Source: Vicinamibacterales bacterium (lineage in GTDB: Bacteria; Acidobacteriota; Vicinamibacteria; Vicinamibacterales; 2-12-FULL-66-21). From it: a DNA stretch of 64,000 nt. Positions within the stretch are counted from its first letter, which is position 1. Each line of letters opens with the position of its first letter. Positions 42,348-50,967 of this stretch are shown here, one piece after another. A program made the translations under genes and the position numbers. The stretch is taken from positions 1,749 to 65,748 of the forward strand of contig DATJIW010000054.1 in assembly GCA_035492775.1 (NCBI GenBank). The letters are read 5' to 3'. The notes under the pieces were generated by a model. It made no database searches. It was not told where the DNA came from and worked only from the letters and a program-made list of their open reading frames with translations.

Positions 42348-43658
42348 GTGACCGGAACAGGAGCGCTCCCAGAGGGCGGCCTGAAGCGCGTGCTCGGCCG
42401 ATGGGACCTCACGGCCATCGGCGTCAATCAGGTGATCGGCGGCGCGATCTTCGCGATGCCGGCGGTCGTTGCCGCACGAGCGGGCGTGTGGAGCGCGTGG
42501 TTGATCGTTGCCGTTGGCGCGGTGTCGCTGCTGATCGCCGCATGCTTCGCCGAGGTGTCCAGCCGCTTCGACGCGACCGGTGGTCCCTACGTCTACACGC
42601 GTACGTCGTTCGGCCGTTTCCTCGGATTCGAGGTCGGCTGGATGCAGTGGTTCACCCGCGTTGCGAGCTGGGCGTCGGTCATCAACGTGCTGGTCTCGTC
42701 TCTCGGGTTCTACTGGCCGCTGCTGACGACGGGCGCCCTCCGCCTCGTCCTGCTGGCCGTCATCATTGCCGTGCTCGCCGGCATCAACATCGCCGGCATT
42801 CGGCAGAGCGCGTGGGTCGTGAACGGCCTCACGATCGGCAAGCTTGCACCCATCGTCCTCTTCATCGCCGTGGGACTTCCGGCTGTCGACCCGGCACGGC
42901 TGCATGCCGTCCATTCCCTGTCGCCTGGCGACGCCGCCGCGACGGCGCTCCTGCTCGTGTACACCTTCGGCGGCTACGAGGTGATTCCGGTGCCGGCGGG
43001 GGAGGCGAAAGATCCGCGGCATGCCGTACCCTTTGCGCTCATTGCGACGATCGTTGTGGTTACCGTCGTCTTCTTAGGCGCGCAGATCGTCTCGCTCGGG
43101 ACGTTGCCGGACCTGGCCTCGTCGAAAACGCCGCTGGCCGATGCGTCCGCGCTGTTCATGGGCAGCGCCGGGGCCGCGCTGATCACAGTCGGCGCCGTCA
43201 TCTCTACCCTCGGCAACAACATGGGGCAGGCGCTGTCGGGATCGCGCATGCTCTTCGCGCTCGCCGACAAAGGTGACTTGCCGGCGTTTATCGGACGCGT
43301 CGATCCCCGGTTCCGGACACCGGTGAACGCAATCCTCGTGACGGCTGTCGTCTCGTTCGTGCTCGCCGCAACGGGTACGTTCGTGACGATGGCTGCTGCC
43401 AGCGCGGTGAGCCGTCTGTTCATTTATTTCTTCACGTGCGCGGCCGTGCTGCGGCTGCGGCGGACGTCAGGCGCCGCCCCTTTCCGGGTGCCGCTCGGGC
43501 CCGTGATTCCTCTGGTGGCGATCGCCATCGTTGCCGCAATCCTCTTCGGCGCAACGACGGAACAGAAAGTCGGCGGGCTCGCGACGGTCGCGGCGGGCGC
43601 CGCATTCTTTGCCGTCGCCGTGTGGAACGGACGGCGCGAGCGCCGGAAGTCATGGTAG
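42348..43658 (+). CDS. APC-superfamily amino acid permease
   Basis: GTG start; 436 aa; about 12 TM segments. N-terminal LKRVLGRWDLTAIGVNQVIGGAIFAMPA, typical of the APC family. Confidence 0.9.
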   Translation: MTGTGALPEGGLKRVLGRWDLTAIGVNQVIGGAIFAMPAVVAARAGVWSAWLIVAVGAVSLLIAACFAEVSSRFDATGGPYVYTRTSFGRFLGFEVGWMQWFTRVASWASVINVLVSSLGFYWPLLTTGALRLVLLAVIIAVLAGINIAGIRQSAWVVNGLTIGKLAPIVLFIAVGLPAVDPARLHAVHSLSPGDAAATALLLVYTFGGYEVIPVPAGEAKDPRHAVPFALIATIVVVTVVFLGAQIVSLGTLPDLASSKTPLADASALFMGSAGAALITVGAVISTLGNNMGQALSGSRMLFALADKGDLPAFIGRVDPRFRTPVNAILVTAVVSFVLAATGTFVTMAAASAVSRLFIYFFTCAAVLRLRRTSGAAPFRVPLGPVIPLVAIAIVAAILFGATTEQKVGGLATVAAGAAFFAVAVWNGRRERRKSW

Positions 43659-43667
43659 AAATGCGCG

Positions 43668-45035
43668 ATGGTCCCGCGTCGTCATCGTCTGCTGCTTCCG
43701 TTCTTCTTGACTACTCTCGCCGGTGCAACTCCCGCTCAGCGCGCCGCGGCAACGCTCACACCGCAGGATCTCGCCCGGCTGTGGGACGCCGAGCACGTAT
43801 CGCCGCCGCTGCCGCCGCTCATCGATCACGCCGACGTTCAACGACGTCTGCATGCGCTCTCGGAACGCAATGCGAATCTCTTTCAGATCGAGACCGTCGG
43901 CCAGTCCGTCGAAGGACGCTCGATCGACATGGTCACGATCGGCCGCGGATCGCGGAGGGTGCTCCTGTGGTCGCAGATGCACGGCGACGAGCCGACGGCA
44001 ACGGCCGCCATCTTCGACGTTTTTGCGTATCTCGACCGGCACCCGGACGACCAAACCGTCCAGCGGATGCTCTCCGCGCTGACGCTCTATGTGATCCCGA
44101 TGCTGAATCCTGACGGCGCGGAACGCTTCCAGCGGCGAAACGCACAGGGCATCGACATCAACCGCGACGCGCTGCGGGCGCAGACCCCGGAAGGCCGCGC
44201 CCTGAAAGCGGTCCGCGATCGTTTCAACCCCTCCGTCGGCTTCAATCTGCACAACGAAAACTGGCGCACCTCCGTCGGCGATCCGCCGAAGCCCGCATCG
44301 ATTTCGCTCCTGTCGGTGGCGTACGACAAAGCGCTCGATGAGAACGCCGGTCGTCGGCTGACCGAGAAGCTCTGTGCCGTGATTCGCGATTCGCTCGAGC
44401 CGTTTGCCTCGGGGCAGATTGGACGCTACGACGATGCGTTCGAAGTGCGCGCGTACGGCGACAACCTGACGCTCTGGGGGACGCCCGTCGTGCTGATCGA
44501 GACAGGCCCCTATCCGTCCGCTGATCCGGATCCGCCGCTCGTCAGGATGAATTTCGTGGCGATTCTTTCCGCGCTGGATGCGCTCGCAACCGGTCGTGTG
44601 GACAAGGCCGACACATCCCGATACGAATCGCTGCCCGTGAACGAATCCCGCTTGTTGACGGTCCTCGTGAGCAACGCGACGGTCGTCAATGGAGCGGGCG
44701 TTCCGCCGTTCACCGCCGACATCGGCATCAACGTCAACAGGCGCGTCCGGATCGTTGACGGCAAACGAACGTTGGTGCGTATCGGCACGATCGACGATCT
44801 TGGCGATCTGCGCACGGATGGTGCCATGCGAACGATCGACGCGACCGGTCTCGTTGTCGCGCCGCTTTACGATCCGGCGGTCCAGGAAGGTCAGGAGATC
44901 ACGCTGCCGGACTGGGCGTCGCGGCCCTCCGGTCCCACGATTGCCACAGGCCAGCCGGGAGCGCTGCTGTTCCTTCGTCCCCTGGACGGCGGCCGGTATC
45001 GCGTGCAGATGATCCTGACCGCCGAGGAGAAGTAA
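43668..45035 (+). CDS. M14-family zinc carboxypeptidase
   Basis: Signal-like N-terminus; Zn motif WSQMHGDEPTAT; NPDGAERFQRRNAQGIDINRD. Confidence 0.85.
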   Translation: MVPRRHRLLLPFFLTTLAGATPAQRAAATLTPQDLARLWDAEHVSPPLPPLIDHADVQRRLHALSERNANLFQIETVGQSVEGRSIDMVTIGRGSRRVLLWSQMHGDEPTATAAIFDVFAYLDRHPDDQTVQRMLSALTLYVIPMLNPDGAERFQRRNAQGIDINRDALRAQTPEGRALKAVRDRFNPSVGFNLHNENWRTSVGDPPKPASISLLSVAYDKALDENAGRRLTEKLCAVIRDSLEPFASGQIGRYDDAFEVRAYGDNLTLWGTPVVLIETGPYPSADPDPPLVRMNFVAILSALDALATGRVDKADTSRYESLPVNESRLLTVLVSNATVVNGAGVPPFTADIGINVNRRVRIVDGKRTLVRIGTIDDLGDLRTDGAMRTIDATGLVVAPLYDPAVQEGQEITLPDWASRPSGPTIATGQPGALLFLRPLDGGRYRVQMILTAEEK

Positions 45036-45037
45036 CC

Positions 45038-46318
45038 GTGCAAAGAGCGTTTTTGTGTGCCGCACTCCTGATTCCCACCGTCCTTGCCGCACAGGCACAG
45101 CCCACGGCGCAGGACCAGGCGGTGACGGTCCTCCGACCGGCCCGCGTATTCGACGGCGATGCGATCCATGAGGGCTGGGCCGTCCGCGTGCGCGGAGATC
45201 GGATCGAAGCCGCCGGACCGAGCGCTTCCATCGATGCCACCGGCGCCGCCGTCGTCAACATGCCGGATACGACGCTGACGCCGGGGCTCGTCGAGGCGCA
45301 TTCGCACGTGCTGCTGCATCCGTACAACGAGACGGTCTGGAACGACCAGGTGTTGCACGAGGGCATCGGCCTACGGGTTGCGCGAGCAACGAATCACTTG
45401 CGCGCCACGCTGATGGCCGGCTTCACGCTCATCAGGGACCTTGGAACCGAAGGGGCGGGATACGCTGACGTGGAACTGAAGGAGGCCGTCGAGCAGGGAA
45501 TCATCCCCGGCCCGCGGATGCTCGTTTCCACGAGAGCGATCGTTGCAACGGGCGCCTACGGGCCCAAAGGATTCGCCCTCGAATGGCGAGTGCCGCAGGG
45601 AGCGGAGGAGACCGACGGTGACAACGTGATCCACACCGTACGCGACCAAATCGGCCACGGCGCCGACTGGATCAAGATCTACGCGGACTATCGCTGGGGC
45701 GCGCACGGCGAAGCCGAGCCGACGTTCTCCGAACAGGAGCTGCGCATGATGGTGGAAACGGCGCGCAGCAGCGGACGCCCCGTCACGGTCCATTCGACGA
45801 CGCCGGAAGGGATGCGCCGATCGGTGATGGCCGGCGTCGAGACCATCGAGCATGGCGACGACGGGACGCCTGAAGTTTTCAAGTTGATGAAGGAGCACGG
45901 CGTTGCGCTGTGCCCGACGCTTGCGGCAGGCGACGCGACCTCGCAGTACGCGGGATGGAAGAAGGGGTCGTCGCCGGAACCGGCGTCGATTACGCGGAAG
46001 CGCGCGAGCTTCAAGGCGGCGCTCGACGCCGGCGTCACGATCATCAACGGCAGCGACGTCGGCGTGTTCACGCACGGCGACAACGCGCGCGAGCTCGACA
46101 TGCTGGTCGCCTACGGCATGACGCCGATCGACGCGCTCCGCAGCGCGACGTCAATCGCCACGCGCGTGCTGCACATGGATACCCGCATTGGAACGATCAA
46201 GCCGGGCATGCTCGCGGATCTGGCGGCCTTCGACGGTGACCCGACGCGCGACATCTCGGCGTTGCACCATGTCAGGTTCGTGATGAAGGGGGGAACGGTC
46301 TACCGCCCGTTCCAGTAG
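45038..46318 (+). CDS. Amidohydrolase-family metal-dependent hydrolase (secreted)
   Basis: GTG start 2 nt after the upstream stop. Signal peptide MQRAFLCAALLIPTVLAAQA. PGLVEAHSHVLLHP metal motif and C-terminal GTIKPGMLADL. Confidence 0.82.
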   Translation: MQRAFLCAALLIPTVLAAQAQPTAQDQAVTVLRPARVFDGDAIHEGWAVRVRGDRIEAAGPSASIDATGAAVVNMPDTTLTPGLVEAHSHVLLHPYNETVWNDQVLHEGIGLRVARATNHLRATLMAGFTLIRDLGTEGAGYADVELKEAVEQGIIPGPRMLVSTRAIVATGAYGPKGFALEWRVPQGAEETDGDNVIHTVRDQIGHGADWIKIYADYRWGAHGEAEPTFSEQELRMMVETARSSGRPVTVHSTTPEGMRRSVMAGVETIEHGDDGTPEVFKLMKEHGVALCPTLAAGDATSQYAGWKKGSSPEPASITRKRASFKAALDAGVTIINGSDVGVFTHGDNARELDMLVAYGMTPIDALRSATSIATRVLHMDTRIGTIKPGMLADLAAFDGDPTRDISALHHVRFVMKGGTVYRPFQ

Positions 46319-46343
46319 CGTCGGCTTAAGGGCTGCCCGCCGG

Positions 46344-47951
46344 TTACGAAGTCTTGCGGCGGTAGACGACCCGGCCGTCGATGACCGTGACGTCGACGGT
46401 CGCCGATGCAATCGATTCCGGCGGCATCTTGAAGATGTCGCCGGAGACCACGACGAAGTCGGCCAGCATGCCGTGCTCGAGCGTCCCCTTGCGGCGCTCG
46501 TCGAACGATGCCCAGGCCGCCCCGGCCGTCCAGGCATTGATCGCTGCCTTCAGCGCCAGTTCCTGGTCTGGAGCCATATGGCGCTCCACGATTGCCGCAA
46601 TGCTGGCGAGCGGATTCACCAATCCATCAGGTGCGTCGGTGCCGAACGCCAGGTGCGCGCCAGCCGATTGCAGTGAGCGGGCCGGCCAGTGAAGGACGTC
46701 CAGCGACGGTTGATCGGCGCCCGTCTGGTGGTCGTCGGCCGCGCCGGCGAGCTCCGACGGGAACAGGACGGCCAGCCATTTGCCGGACTTGAACGCGTGG
46801 AGGTCGTCCGCGTTGACGTCCTGCGCGCCTTCGAGTCTGTGGCGACGATCCGCGCTGCGGTTGGTGTTCGTGCGCGCCGCGGCCTCGAAGGCGTGCAGCG
46901 CGTCGTGCACCGATGTCTCGTCTGGCGTTTCGACTGCGACCTGCCAATCCTGCCTATCGATTGCGACGACGGTCTTCGCCAGTTCCGCCGCCGGCTCGCC
47001 GGCTCTCACGTAAGCCACGCCGGTCTTGATGAGCGGATCGTCGGGGAACTCCCGGGCGATGTCCGTCAGGTTTGCCGCCGCGCCCGGTCCCGCGGCCACG
47101 GGTACGCCGATGTAGACGCGGACGTCTTCGCGTGCGTGCGTGTCGGCCCGCAGTGCCTTGTACAAGTCGATGTCCGACGGCTGCTCGACGAAATCGTGGA
47201 CGCTCGTGATGCCGTGCCGCGGCGCGTCGTCCAGCGCTGTGGAGAGCGCCTCGGCGCGATCGTCGCGGGACGGCCGCGGCATCGAACGCCGCAACAGATC
47301 CAGCGCGGATCCTCGGAGCACTCCCGTCGGCTCGCCCCGCCGGTCGCGCTCGATGTCGCTGGCTTCGGTCCGTGTGCGCCGCGTGATGCCCGCCGCACGG
47401 AGCGCCGCGGAGTTGACCCACGCTGCGGCGCGGTCCTGCGACATGATCACGACGGGCCGATCGGCGACGATGCCGTCGAGTTGCGACTTTGTCGCGTCGG
47501 CAAAGGAGGATGGAATCCAGCCCCGGCCGGTGATCCACGCCGACTCCGGATGCGTTTCTGCCCAGCCCGTAAGGCGTTCGGCAACGTCGTCGAGCGTCGC
47601 CGCGCCGGCGAAGTTGACCTCCTGCTGCGCCAGCCCGGACGCGATGAGCGACGCGTGCGCGTCGTTGAATCCCGGAAGAACGGCGCCCCCGTTCGCGTCG
47701 ATGACCTCCGTCTGTGGACGGCGATAGCGCATCACCTCGCGATCGCTGCCGACCCGGAGGATCGTGTTTCCGCGGACCGCGATGGCCTGCGCTATCGTGC
47801 CGTGGGCGTCGGCCGTGTAGACGTGTGCGTTGTGGATGATGAGATCGACGGGGCCCGAACTATCGTCCCGCTGCGCGCCGACGATCAGTCCCGCAATGAG
47901 GGTGGCGGAGACGATCGCAACGACAACGTATGTGGTAAGGCGCGCGGCCAT
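46344..47951 (-). CDS. Amidohydrolase-3 (YtcJ-like) family protein, membrane-anchored or secreted
   Basis: N-terminal TM TYVVVAIVSATLIAGLIVGA; LPGFNDAHASL region; C-terminal GTLEHGMLADFVVVSGD. Confidence 0.8.
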   Translation of the reverse strand: MAARLTTYVVVAIVSATLIAGLIVGAQRDDSSGPVDLIIHNAHVYTADAHGTIAQAIAVRGNTILRVGSDREVMRYRRPQTEVIDANGGAVLPGFNDAHASLIASGLAQQEVNFAGAATLDDVAERLTGWAETHPESAWITGRGWIPSSFADATKSQLDGIVADRPVVIMSQDRAAAWVNSAALRAAGITRRTRTEASDIERDRRGEPTGVLRGSALDLLRRSMPRPSRDDRAEALSTALDDAPRHGITSVHDFVEQPSDIDLYKALRADTHAREDVRVYIGVPVAAGPGAAANLTDIAREFPDDPLIKTGVAYVRAGEPAAELAKTVVAIDRQDWQVAVETPDETSVHDALHAFEAAARTNTNRSADRRHRLEGAQDVNADDLHAFKSGKWLAVLFPSELAGAADDHQTGADQPSLDVLHWPARSLQSAGAHLAFGTDAPDGLVNPLASIAAIVERHMAPDQELALKAAINAWTAGAAWASFDERRKGTLEHGMLADFVVVSGDIFKMPPESIASATVDVTVIDGRVVYRRKTS

Positions 47952-48032
47952 GCCCCTCCCCCGAGAGAAGGCATTCTACCCTACCAGGCCGGGCTGCAGC
48001 CGTCGCGCGTAGTAGAGTCTGGGACGAGCGTC

Positions 48033-48959
48033 ATGGACATCGCCATACTCGGCTCCGGTGCTGTGGGGGGGTATTACGGCGCGCGGCTCGCCCGCGCAGG
48101 AGAAAACGTCACGTTCGTCGCTCGCGGCGCGCATCTGGCGGCAATCCGCGAGCGGGGTCTCGCCGTCCGCAGCCCGCTCGGGGACCTCGTCGTCTCGGCC
48201 GGCGCCGAAGAGGAAACCGCTCGCATCGGACCTGTGGACGTCGTCATCGTGGCGGTCAAGGCTTACGACAACGCCGTTGCGCTCCCGATGATCCGCCCCC
48301 TGCTTGGCGATCGCACGGTTGTCCTGACCCTGCAGAACGGCGTCGACAGCGCTGCCGAAGTGGCGGCGGTCGCCGGCGAAACCCGGACGCTCGGCGGGAC
48401 GACGTACATCGCCACGGCGCTCGAATCGCCTGGCGTCATCGTGCAAACAGGAACACACCGGCGGGTGGTGTTCGGCGAAGTGTTTGGCGTTCTGCCGCGG
48501 CTCTCGGATCGCGTGCGGCAGCTGCAGGAGGCGATGGCGCGCGCGGACATTCAGGCCGAAGCCGTCGCCGACGCGCGGGTGCCGATCTGGGAGAAGTTCA
48601 TCCTGCTTGCCGCGGTCTCCGGATTCTGCGGCGCTTCGCGGCTGCCAATAGGGCCGCTCTGGGGGGATCCGGTTACACGGGCGCGTTTCATCGACGCGTG
48701 CCGTGAGGTCGAGCGCGTTGCGCGCGCCGAAGGCGTCCCGGTCGCGACCGACGTCATCGATCGCATCCCCGCTTACGTGGACAGCATTCCAGGTTCGATG
48801 CGCGCATCGTTGCTGATCGATCTGGCGCAGGGAAAACGGATCGAAGTGGAATCGCTGCAGGGATCCGTCGTCCGGCGCGGCGAGCGCGCCGGCGTACCGA
48901 CGCCGATCATGGCGACGCTCTACGCGCTTCTGCGCCCGCACGCGGGAGGCAAGATATGA
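48033..48959 (+). CDS. panE: 2-dehydropantoate 2-reductase (ApbA/PanE family)
   Basis: Start trimmed to MDIAILGSGAVGGYYGARLARAG; LQNGV motif; C-terminal ...MATLYALL. The track ORF 46689..48959 is a 5' over-extension antisense to the amidohydrolase. Confidence 0.85.
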   Translation: MDIAILGSGAVGGYYGARLARAGENVTFVARGAHLAAIRERGLAVRSPLGDLVVSAGAEEETARIGPVDVVIVAVKAYDNAVALPMIRPLLGDRTVVLTLQNGVDSAAEVAAVAGETRTLGGTTYIATALESPGVIVQTGTHRRVVFGEVFGVLPRLSDRVRQLQEAMARADIQAEAVADARVPIWEKFILLAAVSGFCGASRLPIGPLWGDPVTRARFIDACREVERVARAEGVPVATDVIDRIPAYVDSIPGSMRASLLIDLAQGKRIEVESLQGSVVRRGERAGVPTPIMATLYALLRPHAGGKI

Positions 48960-48982
48960 ATTGGTGAGTCGATCACCAATTC
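48958..48982. terminator. Perfect 10-bp inverted repeat GAATTGGTGA-gtcga-TCACCAATTC between convergent genes
   Basis: Read directly. Overlaps the panE stop codon and lies 26 nt from the stop of the cupin gene. Confidence 0.55.
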
Positions 48983-49007
48983 AGCACTTCACGAATTCGC
49001 CGCTTCG

Positions 49008-49574
49008 TTACGAGTGGAACGAGAGTTCCTTGCGCATCCGGCGCCACGCGCCGTCCGGCTGCGGTTCGAACACATGGCAATGCGTCATGTCACCGCCGTA
49101 GACGTGCAGGGTCACAGACGGTGAGTCCGAGAGGTTGCCCAGCGTGTGGTACTCGAACGGCGGGATCAGGCAGCCTGCGGCGCCGCGGCCTGCCTGAATG
49201 CAATTCTGCTGCGCAAAACGAAACTCTCCGTCCTGCTCGGAAAGCAAATCGTACTGCGCCACTTCCATCGTGCCGTCCATCACGCACTCGACGCACCAGA
49301 TGCCGGCGTGGTCGTGGAGCGCCGTCTTCTGTCCGGGACCCCACGTCATCACGACCATCGAATAGCGGCCCTGCGGATCCCGGTACAGCAGCCGGCGGGC
49401 GTACGTGTCGGTGCGCGGCTGGCGCAGGCTGTCCGGAATCTCGAGCGCGCCGGTCCTGAGGCCGTCCTGCAAAACGTGCTTCACGATGTCGGTCAGGCGC
49501 GAAAGCGGCTGCACGGTCACCGCTTCGTCCAGCTGCTGGCGGACATCGGTATTGAGAAGTGCTGAATCGCTCAC
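49008..49574 (-). CDS. Cysteine-dioxygenase-type-I-like cupin protein
   Basis: 188 aa from the GTG at 49572-49574, which overlaps the upstream stop (GTGA). Cupin His pattern ...KTALHDHAGIWCVECVMDG...PPFEYHTLGN. Confidence 0.68.
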   Translation of the reverse strand: MSDSALLNTDVRQQLDEAVTVQPLSRLTDIVKHVLQDGLRTGALEIPDSLRQPRTDTYARRLLYRDPQGRYSMVVMTWGPGQKTALHDHAGIWCVECVMDGTMEVAQYDLLSEQDGEFRFAQQNCIQAGRGAAGCLIPPFEYHTLGNLSDSPSVTLHVYGGDMTHCHVFEPQPDGAWRRMRKELSFHS

Positions 49575-50935
49575 GTCGCCTCCAGTTCGCGGTACGCGGA
49601 CATGCCGCCTTCCACGTTGACGATCCGTTCGATGCCCTCTCGCGCGAGAAGACTTGCGGCAAGACTCGAACGGTAGCCGGCTTCGCACATCGTAACGACG
49701 TGCGCCCCCCGGGGAATCTCAGCGACGCGCGACGGCAGCTCGCCGAGAGGAATGTTCACGGCGCCTTCGAGATGGCCCGCACGATATTCCTTCGCGGTGC
49801 GCACGTCGATGAGCGTCAGAGCCGCGTCGGATGCACGCGCCGCCTGAAGGCGGGACACGGACATGACCTCGAGTGTCGCGACGGGAAGCGCGGCATCGCG
49901 CCAGCCCTCGAAACCGCCGGCAACGTAGCCTTCGATGTGGTCGAGACCAACGCGGCGCATTTGGGTTGCGGCTTCCTGCGCCTGCGCGGAATCAGCCGCG
50001 ACGAAAACGATGCGCTCGTCCGCCGGCAGCACCCATCCCGCCCAGTATCCGACCTTGCTGCCGTAACCGAGGTTCAGCGCGCCATACGGATGCGCTTCCG
50101 AGAACGATGCGGCGGGGCGCAGATCGATGATCAGCGCGCCGTCGGCGGAGAGGGCCGCGGCCGCGGCGGGTTTGAGCGCTGGAATGGCGCGCGCCCCCTT
50201 GACGAGACCCAGCAGGGGTGCGCCCTCCTGGTTGACGCGCTTCATTCTGGCGAAATACGGCGGCGTATCCGGTAGATCGCTCAGGAGGGCCCGAACGAAG
50301 GCGTCCTCGCTCGAAAACTGCAGCATCGGGTTCTGCCGCCGCTCGATGCCTATCGTCGACGACGGTTCACTCCCGATGCCGGCGCCGCAGAGCGACCCCG
50401 AGCCGTGCCCCGGATGCACCTCGACGGCGTCGTCCAGCGTCAATGCGCGCTTCAGCGACGCATACATCTGGTGCGCGAGCGCTTTCGTCTGTTCCGTGCC
50501 AAGAAGGTCGGGACGGCCCACCGAGCCGACGAATATGAAGTCGCCGGTGAACAGGCGCGACGGTTTGCCTGGAGACTCCGAAAGGATGGAGATGTGTTCG
50601 GGCGTATGGCCGGGTGTGTGCAGAAAGGTCAGCAGAACGTCGCCGATCTGCAGCGTGTCACCGTCGGCGATTTCGTGGTTCTCGTAATGCAGTGCCGAGC
50701 CCGGGCCGCAGATGACGCGTAGCCCCTCCGAGGCGAGCTCGTGCGCGCCCGACACGAAATCCGCGTGCACATGGGTCTCGATCGCGCAGGTGAGCTTGAC
50801 GCCATGCTGACGCGCCGCCTCGAGATATACGGAGGCATCGCGCCGCGGATCGATGATGACCCCTTCGTGCGTCCGATCGCAGGCGATGATGAACGACGCC
50901 TGGGCGAGGCCTTCGTCGTAAAAGCGCAAAAACAT
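49571..50935 (-). CDS. MBL-fold persulfide-dioxygenase-like protein fused to two rhodanese domains
   Basis: ETHVHADFVSG (HxHxDF) and TPGHTPEH motifs of the ETHE1/PDO type. C-terminal rhodanese with active-site loop TMCEAGYRSS. Confidence 0.85.
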   Translation of the reverse strand: MFLRFYDEGLAQASFIIACDRTHEGVIIDPRRDASVYLEAARQHGVKLTCAIETHVHADFVSGAHELASEGLRVICGPGSALHYENHEIADGDTLQIGDVLLTFLHTPGHTPEHISILSESPGKPSRLFTGDFIFVGSVGRPDLLGTEQTKALAHQMYASLKRALTLDDAVEVHPGHGSGSLCGAGIGSEPSSTIGIERRQNPMLQFSSEDAFVRALLSDLPDTPPYFARMKRVNQEGAPLLGLVKGARAIPALKPAAAAALSADGALIIDLRPAASFSEAHPYGALNLGYGSKVGYWAGWVLPADERIVFVAADSAQAQEAATQMRRVGLDHIEGYVAGGFEGWRDAALPVATLEVMSVSRLQAARASDAALTLIDVRTAKEYRAGHLEGAVNIPLGELPSRVAEIPRGAHVVTMCEAGYRSSLAASLLAREGIERIVNVEGGMSAYRELEAT

Positions 50936-50967
50936 AGATTACTTTCGGTTGCAGGCCTCAGCCTGCG

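Noticed and set aside
42132-43022. Minus-strand 296-aa ORF and other long Arg-rich ORFs overlapping the APC permease, the RND gene, the arg genes and others
   Set aside because: They are antisense to genes with clear family signatures. Their compositions are dominated by R/G/A/P, as expected from reading GC-rich coding DNA in wrong frames.
46344-47951. Possible loss of the second metal-binding His in the YtcJ-like amidohydrolase (NDAHASL instead of DxHxH)
   Set aside because: I cannot align this family reliably by eye, and the motif register is uncertain. It is not reported as a finding.
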